This document shows, one piece after another, positions 57,025 through 64,000 of a stretch of 64,000 nucleotides of DNA. The position numbers and the translations under genes are program-made. How positions within the stretch are numbered: position 1 is the first letter of the stretch; each line of letters opens with the position of its first letter. The DNA comes from Candidatus Helarchaeota archaeon (GTDB taxonomy: Archaea > Asgardarchaeota > Lokiarchaeia > Helarchaeales > RDOG01), in assembly GCA_019058315.1 (NCBI GenBank), contig JAHPZH010000008.1, forward strand, positions 128,001 to 192,000, written 5' to 3'. The notes below the pieces were generated by a model. That model was not told the origin of the DNA and searched no databases. It was given only the letters and a program-made list of their open reading frames with translations.

Positions 57025-58305
57025 ATGTCTGAATTTGAATTAGAGCAAAAAGAATGGATTGGATATCATAGTTATTTGATAATATTACTTTCAATCTTTA
57101 GATTTATATCCCTTTTTAATATAACATACACAACTCTTATATTACCACAAATTGCAGCATCTTTTAACATTCCTTCTGCTACCATTGCTTGGATATTTTC
57201 AATAATTGGAATTGGGGTCCTTGTATCAGTCTTTATTCGTCGTTTGCCTGATGTTTGGGGAAGAAAACCAACTCTTTTGGTAATTGGAATAATAAATATT
57301 ACGTGTATTTGCATCGCTGCACTAATGACGAACCTAATATTACATATTATTTTTAGACTTCTCTCGGGTATTTTTGCAGTTAATACCAGTAATATTATTG
57401 TCGCCGAGGAGATGCCAGCACGTTTTAGAGGTAGAGTATCTGGTATAATAGTCTCAATCGGAATGTCTAGTGCTATGCTAGCAAGTTACCTAGTAACTTG
57501 TAATATAGTGAGAATGTGGAGATATTACTATTTAATAGTAGATATTCCTGCAATGATAATTTTTGGGATATTATGGTTAAAAATGAAAGAAACTAGACGT
57601 TTTATGTTTGAAAAAGACAAATTAAAGGAGAAAAAGGGTTCCATATTCGGCATATTCCAAAGAAAATATTTAAGAATTCTAATTTTAGTCAGCTCAATTT
57701 TGTTTATGAGTCAATATATATACTCTTCTGGGATAAAGAGATACTTCACTATTTTCCTTTTTGAAGAAAAAGGTTTTAACCCATTCAGCTACGGGCTATG
57801 GCAACCATTCAGAAATGATGCCTTTATTGGTATTTTATCGGCTTTATCATTTATAGGATCAATAATTGGCTATTGGTTATCGGGATATTTTGCCGATAGG
57901 TTTGGAAGGAAGTTGACGATTTATGTGGCCACAGCTGTTCATTTAGTAGCACAACTTATCTTTATTTTTGGTTTAACCGAGTTAGAATTTATTTTAAGTC
58001 TATTTTTTATCAATCTGACCTTTGCAGTTTTTCATACCTGTATTTTGGTTTTTAGCGTTGAATTTTGGCCTACAGAACAAAGATCTACAGCTTCCGGCTG
58101 GATTTTTGTTTTTAGCAGTATTGCAGGAGTATTTGGGAATATAATTGTATATTTTCTAGCAAGCAGTTATGGTTGGGGTTTTACTTTTCTTATACTAACA
58201 ATCCTCCCGATATTATTAATAATAATTACTGTATTTATACCTGAAACTAAGCAAAGAGTCGTGGAAGAGATTTTACAAACTGAAATTGAGCAGAAATTCA
58301 AATAA
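57025..58305 (+). CDS. MFS transporter, paralog 1
   Basis: LPDVWGRK, AEEMPARFRG, FADRFGRK, EFWPTEQRSTASG, PETKQR. Confidence 0.92.
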   Translation: MSEFELEQKEWIGYHSYLIILLSIFRFISLFNITYTTLILPQIAASFNIPSATIAWIFSIIGIGVLVSVFIRRLPDVWGRKPTLLVIGIINITCICIAALMTNLILHIIFRLLSGIFAVNTSNIIVAEEMPARFRGRVSGIIVSIGMSSAMLASYLVTCNIVRMWRYYYLIVDIPAMIIFGILWLKMKETRRFMFEKDKLKEKKGSIFGIFQRKYLRILILVSSILFMSQYIYSSGIKRYFTIFLFEEKGFNPFSYGLWQPFRNDAFIGILSALSFIGSIIGYWLSGYFADRFGRKLTIYVATAVHLVAQLIFIFGLTELEFILSLFFINLTFAVFHTCILVFSVEFWPTEQRSTASGWIFVFSSIAGVFGNIIVYFLASSYGWGFTFLILTILPILLIIITVFIPETKQRVVEEILQTEIEQKFK

Positions 58306-58389
58306 AATCATTTATAAATAGAAGATAAATACTATATTTTTATTCAAAATTTTATCATCATTGTAATAATCTAAGGGTTAAAGCTAAAA

Positions 58390-59667
58390 ATGTCTAAAAC
58401 TGTCTTGGAACAAGAAGAATGGACAAGCTATCATACATTTTTAGTTATATTTCTTTCGGTTTATAATTTTATTAGCCTTTTTTCGATTGTATATACGGGT
58501 CTTGTCTTACCAGCAATCGCAGCCACTTTTAACATAGGGACTCCCGTTATTGCAAGTATATTTTCAATAATTGGTATTGGTGTCATATTTTCAGTATTTG
58601 TAAGGCGAATTCCCGATAAAATAGGTCGTAAACCTTCTATGTTAATCATTTCATTGATATATGTAGTTAATCTTTGTCTTTCTGCGATAGCTCCAGAATT
58701 AACACTCTATATTATTTTTCGTTTAATTTCAGGAATTTTTGCAGTCAATATTAGTAATATTATTATAGCTGAAGAAATGCCAGCTCATAATAGAGCCAAA
58801 ATATCGGGAGTCGTGGTATCAATTGGCATGTCAAGCTCTATATTAGCAAGTTTTATCGCGACTTTTAATATGTTAGCTTATTGGAGACATTTCTTCCTTA
58901 TTGTGAACATTCCAGGTATCATAGCTTTTTGCATATTATGGTTTAAAATGAAAGAAACGAGAAGATATGAACGCACTAAAACAAAAAAAGTTGAAAATCA
59001 TACTCTTTTTAGTATATTTCAAAAGAAATACATAAGAATTCTTCTTTTAACCAGCCTAATTATGTTTACAAGTCAGTGGATCTATTCAGGGGGAATAAAA
59101 CGATACTTCACTGTTTTTCTTTTTGAGGAGAAAGGGTTTAACCCATTTAGTTTTGGGACTTTCCAGCCATTTAGGAATGATTTCTTTATCGGATTTTTGA
59201 GTATGTTCTCTTATATAGGTTCTATAATCGGTTATTGGTTATCTGGTTATTTTGGTGACCGTTTTGGACGAAAAAAATCAATTTATGGAGCCGCCTCTAT
59301 CTATTTAGTTGGTAACGCAATTTTTATATTCGGTACGACTGAAATTCATTTTCTTATAGGCATGTTTATAATCAATATTAACTTTGCTATTTTTTCCACT
59401 CTAAATCAAGTTATGAGCGTTGAATTTTGGCCCACGGAACAGAGATCCACGGCAAGTGGTTGGGTTTTTGTTTTTAGTAGCACGGCAGGAATATTTGGAA
59501 ATATGATTGTTTTTTATCTCGCAAGCACTACCTCATGGGCTTCTACCTTTATTGTTTTATCAATTCTTCCAGTACTGCTAATAATATTTATTAGCTTTTT
59601 ACCTGAAACAAAAGCACGTGTTGTTGAAGAAATTTTTGAGACAGAAATTGAGCAAAAAACCAAATAA
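58390..59667 (+). CDS. MFS transporter, paralog 2
   Basis: IPDKIGRK, AEEMPAHNRA, FGDRFGRK, EFWPTEQRSTASG. Tandem duplicate. Confidence 0.92.
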   Translation: MSKTVLEQEEWTSYHTFLVIFLSVYNFISLFSIVYTGLVLPAIAATFNIGTPVIASIFSIIGIGVIFSVFVRRIPDKIGRKPSMLIISLIYVVNLCLSAIAPELTLYIIFRLISGIFAVNISNIIIAEEMPAHNRAKISGVVVSIGMSSSILASFIATFNMLAYWRHFFLIVNIPGIIAFCILWFKMKETRRYERTKTKKVENHTLFSIFQKKYIRILLLTSLIMFTSQWIYSGGIKRYFTVFLFEEKGFNPFSFGTFQPFRNDFFIGFLSMFSYIGSIIGYWLSGYFGDRFGRKKSIYGAASIYLVGNAIFIFGTTEIHFLIGMFIININFAIFSTLNQVMSVEFWPTEQRSTASGWVFVFSSTAGIFGNMIVFYLASTTSWASTFIVLSILPVLLIIFISFLPETKARVVEEIFETEIEQKTK

Positions 59668-59728
59668 TTTAACTTATAAATTTTTAAATTAAAAAAAAAT
59701 AGGGAAGATTTGACTAAAATACTTTTTA

Positions 59729-60145
59729 TTATAGTTGGCCATAAGCCATTTTTGTGTCTTCTTTGAACAAAATCCAGAGATAAATAATTCCTATTATAGC
59801 AAGAATCATTATTATGGAAATCAGGACAGTTAGAACCCACGCCCAGCTTTGATTAGTATAAAGACCGTAAACGTCAATAAATACAATGATAGCTACAATA
59901 ATTACAAGAATTCCGAGTACTGGTAACATTCCTAATAATGGTTGGCTACTGATGGGGTCTATACCGAACATTTGTCCTATTATAGGGAGACGATTGATAA
60001 TTCCAGCAATTCCCGTTCCTTTAGCAATCCCAATAATTGTCATCGGACTTGCAAGTGCTAAAATTCCAGCTATAATAAATGCTATTGCTGCAGCTACAAA
60101 CATTATAATTATAAACCAGATTCCACCGCTTTTTTCTTCGCTCAT
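59729..60145 (-). CDS. Small membrane protein (DUF2127-like, about 4 TM)
   Basis: YGLY..QSWAW..GIIYLWILFKEDTK..Y. ATG 60145 follows GAGGT. Confidence 0.7.
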   Translation of the reverse strand: MSEEKSGGIWFIIIMFVAAAIAFIIAGILALASPMTIIGIAKGTGIAGIINRLPIIGQMFGIDPISSQPLLGMLPVLGILVIIVAIIVFIDVYGLYTNQSWAWVLTVLISIIMILAIIGIIYLWILFKEDTKMAYGQL

Positions 60146-60287
60146 TTTTCCAAACCTCATATTCTACTTAATAAAATATTTAATTTGATAATGATAGTTA
60201 AAATTAAAAAATAGTCTATAAATAATTTTTTAATATAAAAAAATGAAAAATGTAGAATAGAATAAAAAATATTAAATTATTATAAAC

Positions 60288-61592
60288 TTATTTTACTTTT
60301 GCTTCAAATTCTCGGACAATTTCTGCCATTGGATGCTTCTTTCTTAAATCTATAAATCGCTTTCCTTTTCTTCCAATTTGGGGAATATTTTCTACAAATT
60401 TAACGGAAGTTGGACTGAGCTTCAAATGAGTTTTAATAGATTGAACAATTTTATTTTTAAGATTATTAGACTCATCAGCATCCACATAAATTCGAATGAC
60501 ATCGCTATCTTCAACCTTATCTATCACACAAAGATAGGTTCTTATATCATTATTAAACATGGCACTTTCAAATTGGTATGGGTTAACAAGTGTTGCCTTA
60601 ATCTTAGTCAAATCGTCCAACCTTTGTTCAATTAAGGAAATCCTTACTAAATTCCTTCCGCATGCACAACCTCTCCCAAGGATACTTGATTCATCCCCTG
60701 ATTTATAACGAATTGCGATAGTACCTGTTTTGTTTAAAGTGGTAAATACAAGTTCTCCTTTCTCATTTGGTCCTAATACTTCACCTGTCTTTGGATCTAC
60801 CACTTCTACGATCACATCATCTTCTGGCCAATGGATTCCGTTTTTTTCTTCGCATTCAGATCCTGCACCAATTTCAGACAGTCCATATCCAATTTTACAA
60901 TCTACACCCCATAAATCTTCAATTTTTTTACGAACTGAAGGAGGCACTGGTTCTCCTAATACATAGGCTTTTTTTAGAGTCGAATCACTTGGATTTTTAC
61001 CTATTTTTTTCCAAGTATTTCCCCATCGTAAAAAATATTGAGGAAGCCCGATAAAAACAGTTGGACGAAAAATTGGATTGAAAATATTATTCAGATGTGC
61101 CATACCAGTCTTTAATGTGGAAGCTGGAATAATAAAACCGCCTAATTCCTTCGCGGCATCATGTAAAACCTGACCAGCAAAGAACATTCCATATGGGGTT
61201 GAATTATAATATCTATCTTTTGCTGTACATCCACAACGCACAAGACATCTTACATTTTGGGCTACATAGGTTTTCCAGTCTGATTTAGTAAAAAACACAA
61301 TTGTTTCTCCTTGTCCAGATGTTCCTGACGTTGTATGAATTTTAAAAACATTGTTTAAATCCCCCACTGCACCCTCTGGATCACTTACAATATCAATTTT
61401 TGAAGAAAATGGTATTTTTTTCAAATCATCAAGTGTTTTTATATCATCAGGTTTTAAACCAACAGATTTTAACTTATTCTTATAAAGACGAGTATTATCA
61501 TATGCATAATGAATAACTTTTCTTAAACGATTTTCTTGTAATTTTATAAGATCTTTTTCTTTTATAAAATCAAGATCCTTATCAAATGACAA
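60288..61592 (-). CDS. Phenylacetate-CoA ligase / coenzyme F390 synthetase family protein
   Basis: DLKKIPF, HTTSGTSG, GEP, YGLSE, GELVFTTL, IRYKSGD, CACGR, RLDD. Confidence 0.9.
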   Translation of the reverse strand: MSFDKDLDFIKEKDLIKLQENRLRKVIHYAYDNTRLYKNKLKSVGLKPDDIKTLDDLKKIPFSSKIDIVSDPEGAVGDLNNVFKIHTTSGTSGQGETIVFFTKSDWKTYVAQNVRCLVRCGCTAKDRYYNSTPYGMFFAGQVLHDAAKELGGFIIPASTLKTGMAHLNNIFNPIFRPTVFIGLPQYFLRWGNTWKKIGKNPSDSTLKKAYVLGEPVPPSVRKKIEDLWGVDCKIGYGLSEIGAGSECEEKNGIHWPEDDVIVEVVDPKTGEVLGPNEKGELVFTTLNKTGTIAIRYKSGDESSILGRGCACGRNLVRISLIEQRLDDLTKIKATLVNPYQFESAMFNNDIRTYLCVIDKVEDSDVIRIYVDADESNNLKNKIVQSIKTHLKLSPTSVKFVENIPQIGRKGKRFIDLRKKHPMAEIVREFEAKVK

Positions 61593-61601
61593 TAATTTCC
61601 C

Positions 61602-61793
61602 TCATAATCGATTTAGTAATTCTTTTAAGCTTGCTGTTGCTTTTTCAATATTTTTTATTGCATCTTCAAAATATTTTAAAAGGTCATTTGATTTAACTTC
61701 CTTGGATAGTTCTCTAAGTTTATCGGCATGTTCGTCTATATGTTCTATATAATGTTCAACATATTTTTTAATTTTATTTAGATCTTCAGACAA
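61602..61793 (-). CDS. Small helical His-containing (putative metal-binding) protein
   Basis: EHYIEHIDEHADK motif; 9 bp upstream of the PaaK-family gene. TTG 61793 is the likely start. Confidence 0.6.
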   Translation of the reverse strand: MSEDLNKIKKYVEHYIEHIDEHADKLRELSKEVKSNDLLKYFEDAIKNIEKATASLKELLNRL

Positions 61794-61830
61794 ATTTAGC
61801 ACTTCTTTTTTATTTATCCGTAACAATTGG

Positions 61831-61851
61831 TCGATCTTATAATAAGATAGA
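61831..61851. promoter_or_regulatory. Palindromic operator candidate
   Basis: tcgATCTTAT-a-ATAAGATaga: perfect 7-1-7 core, 10-1-10 with one mismatch, upstream of the two-gene unit. Confidence 0.3.
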
Positions 61852-61987
61852 TGAATAAGTAATATGCTATTTTAGATTTCACTAACCTAAGTAAAATTAT
61901 AAATTTATTGATTAATTATTTCCGAATCGAAGTAGGACAAAGAATTTAATAAAAAAGAATATTAAAAAGTAATTAAATGCTAGATTA

Positions 61988-63004
61988 TTAACCCAACTTA
62001 TCTTTAAGAGCCTCATCTATACTAGCTAATCGATCTGAAATGGTATCTTCCTTTTTCTTATCTTTCTTCTTCCCTTTTTTCTTATCCTTCTTCTTTTCAA
62101 TTTCTTGGGTTGGTGGATTTGGTCTAGCACTTGGTGGAGCACTTGGTGGACCTCTAGGTGGACCAGTACTTGGTGGACCTCTAGGTGGACCACCACCTGA
62201 TGGTACATTGCCCCCTAGTTGCTTTTGGAATTTATCGTCTAATAATTTATTCATTTTCTTGGTTAAACCTCCGTCAATTGGCTTAGCTGCTCGTGGTTGA
62301 TGAATTTTAGGAACATAATCTTTTTGAATAGGTCCCATCCCACCTCCACCACCCATTGGACCTACTGTTCCTGAGCGTTTTCCCAGTTTAGATTTAATTT
62401 CTGACATCATCGCCATACGAACGCTCATACCACCCATAGGGGCAGGCCCTCTTGGAGCAGGTGAACTAATTGAAGCAGATTTAAAAGAGGATGGTTTGAG
62501 TAAATTTTCTTCTACCACAGCTCCTTCTGGTCTGGGAGGAGTTGGAGGTATCCCAACCACTGGAGCTGCGGGAGCAACAGTCACTGTTTTTTGAAAATCT
62601 TCCCATTGTGTTAAAAGTTTCTGGATTACTGATTCAAAATCAACAATTTTTGACCCCATTGAAGTAATTTGATTTCGCAAATCTTGTTCATAAGCTGGAT
62701 TCATTGACCCAGTAGAAGATCCTTGTTGTTGAAGAGATTGAATTTGGAATTCTACTAATTTTTTAAATCTAGTTTCCAAATCCCCAACTTTTGAAACGAC
62801 ATCATTCAACTGATCAAACATATATCGAACATATTCATTAATTGTCATTGCATTCTCTTCTAACCTTTCGGTATAATGTAAAATTGTTTCAATAGATCGG
62901 GCTAAAATGATAATTTTATCAGCATCATGTCTATAGGTTGCAATAACATCTAATAGAGAGGGTTCTTCCTCCTCTTCCACTTCTTCATATTCTTCGTTTT
63001 CCAT
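61988..63004 (-). CDS. Coiled-coil + proline-rich protein with WH2/VASP-like amphipathic helices
   Basis: Acidic N-terminus, heptad region, Pro-rich segments, RMAMMSEIKSKLGKR, GGLTKKMNKLL, (GPPRGPPS)x2, Lys tract. AGGTGA SD. Confidence 0.8.
   Translation of the reverse strand: MENEEYEEVEEEEEPSLLDVIATYRHDADKIIILARSIETILHYTERLEENAMTINEYVRYMFDQLNDVVSKVGDLETRFKKLVEFQIQSLQQQGSSTGSMNPAYEQDLRNQITSMGSKIVDFESVIQKLLTQWEDFQKTVTVAPAAPVVGIPPTPPRPEGAVVEENLLKPSSFKSASISSPAPRGPAPMGGMSVRMAMMSEIKSKLGKRSGTVGPMGGGGGMGPIQKDYVPKIHQPRAAKPIDGGLTKKMNKLLDDKFQKQLGGNVPSGGGPPRGPPSTGPPRGPPSAPPSARPNPPTQEIEKKKDKKKGKKKDKKKEDTISDRLASIDEALKDKLG
62141..62192 (-). repeat. 25-bp exact direct repeat (27-bp period) encoding GPPRGPPS twice
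   Basis: acttggtggacctctaggtggacca at 62141-62165 and 62168-62192. Confidence 0.9.
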
Positions 63005-63030
63005 TTAGGTCACCTAATATTACAAAGCAA

Positions 63031-63084
63031 TAAATCGTAATAATGAATATCGATTAATTATTTGTTCGATGTTATTACGATTTA
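63031..63084. promoter_or_regulatory. 13-bp perfect inverted repeat upstream of the Pro-rich gene
   Basis: taaatcgtaataa (63031-63043) and ttattacgattta (63072-63084); 28-bp spacer with internal atcga/tcgat pairing. Confidence 0.55.
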
Positions 63085-63284
63085 ATAAATGTAAGTTTTT
63101 ATTGCGGATTTTTTGGTTGAACCAATATTAATTAAAAAAACATTATTATTTAAGAATTGTTTGAATTAGAATTTAAGATAAATATTTTGACTCTAAGAAA
63201 AAAACATAAATGAAAATATAACAAAAATGGGAAAATATTGAAAATTTAAATAAAAAAATTGAATTATTTTAAATATTTAAACTA

Positions 63285-64000
63285 TCAAATTCCGAAAGAT
63301 TTCCGTAATAAGTCTATGTCTAATTTACCTGCCATAATTGTTTTCCCTGTCCTTATGTCATTCACTGTAATTTGCGCTGGAGCGAATAATAAGGGGTCGA
63401 TGTTATAAAAATCCTTACCGGCATCAACAAAGATTTGATAAAATGGTTTTCCATATTGTTTAGAAGTACTTGAAGGAACTTTTTTAATTACTTCCTCTAA
63501 GTTATCGCCCTCTGTACTATTTACATTATAAATTACGCTACCTACAGCTATAATTGCATCATTTGTTACTCCCATTGCCTTTGTATCGGATTTTGCTATG
63601 GGTGCTATAGGAGTAGAGCCAATTCCATATGCTATTTTCTTGGGATCATAACCTACTTCGTGAAGTTTATGAATACCCATTTCTACTACACGAGCTGCGA
63701 TTTGTACTCCTCCAGCAAGACTAGCAGTTGGAGCTATTAATGCATATACTTTATCAACATCAACTTTACATTTAGTCGCAATCACTTCCATTACTTTCTC
63801 ATTAGGCAATACATTTCCTTCAAGGACAGCAATTGCCACGTCAGCATTGTCTTTATATTGGAGTTCATCAAAGAGTCCTTTTTCTCCGCCTTTCAGAGCT
63901 CTTGCAGGACCGCTTAACATAGCAAAATAGTTTTCTTCTTTCACATTTAATCTCCAACCAGCGAATTGAGATCCTAGACAAGCTATATGAGGAAAGTCTG
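63285..64000 (-). CDS. mch: Methenyltetrahydromethanopterin cyclohydrolase (5' part outside the window)
   Basis: CLGSQFAGW, SGPARAL, APTASLAGGVQIAARVVE, AMGVTND, VPSSTSKQYGKPF, DFYNIDPLLFAPA. Confidence 0.95.
   Translation of the reverse strand, partial: DFPHIACLGSQFAGWRLNVKEENYFAMLSGPARALKGGEKGLFDELQYKDNADVAIAVLEGNVLPNEKVMEVIATKCKVDVDKVYALIAPTASLAGGVQIAARVVEMGIHKLHEVGYDPKKIAYGIGSTPIAPIAKSDTKAMGVTNDAIIAVGSVIYNVNSTEGDNLEEVIKKVPSSTSKQYGKPFYQIFVDAGKDFYNIDPLLFAPAQITVNDIRTGKTIMAGKLDIDLLRKSFGI

Noticed and set aside
1-64000. Selenocysteine/pyrrolysine read-through, tRNA or rRNA genes
   Set aside because: I saw no redox gene interrupted at a Cys-equivalent TGA or TAG, and the intergenic gaps are short and AT-rich with no GC-rich structured RNA.

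Overview
AT-rich, gene-dense archaeal chromosomal segment with about 55 CDS. I saw no rRNA, tRNA, CRISPR array, transposase or integrase. Gene content (mch, an FwdG-like protein, tungsten AOR, DUF39-CBS plus NIL-ferredoxin homocysteine synthesis, acdB) and eukaryote-like domains (PCI-like winged helix fused to a RING, a C2H2 finger, a Pro-rich protein with WH2/VASP-like helices) suggest an Asgard archaeon (Loki/Helarchaeales-like); this is inference. The most striking unexplained element is a family of five paralogous soluble proteins of ~385-430 aa that I cannot assign to a known family. They share invariant motifs FPPx4RxDL, HxE[DN]GxPV[DE][WY]W, RRHxKxG, D[IV]RNER[TS]PQW and YxPWP. Three copies flank a PadR-type regulator, one of them inside a run of AprAB-like, SCP2-like, FixCX-like and twin FAD-oxidase/CCG genes; two more sit in tandem ~33 kb away. 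Other notable items are a candidate actin-regulator-like protein, head-to-head homocitrate-synthase-like paralogs sharing an 84-bp near-perfect inverted tract, apparent pseudo-enzymes (aspartate kinase, PaaK-like), and heavy TTG use plus probable non-canonical start codons. All family assignments come from motif recognition by eye, with no database searches.
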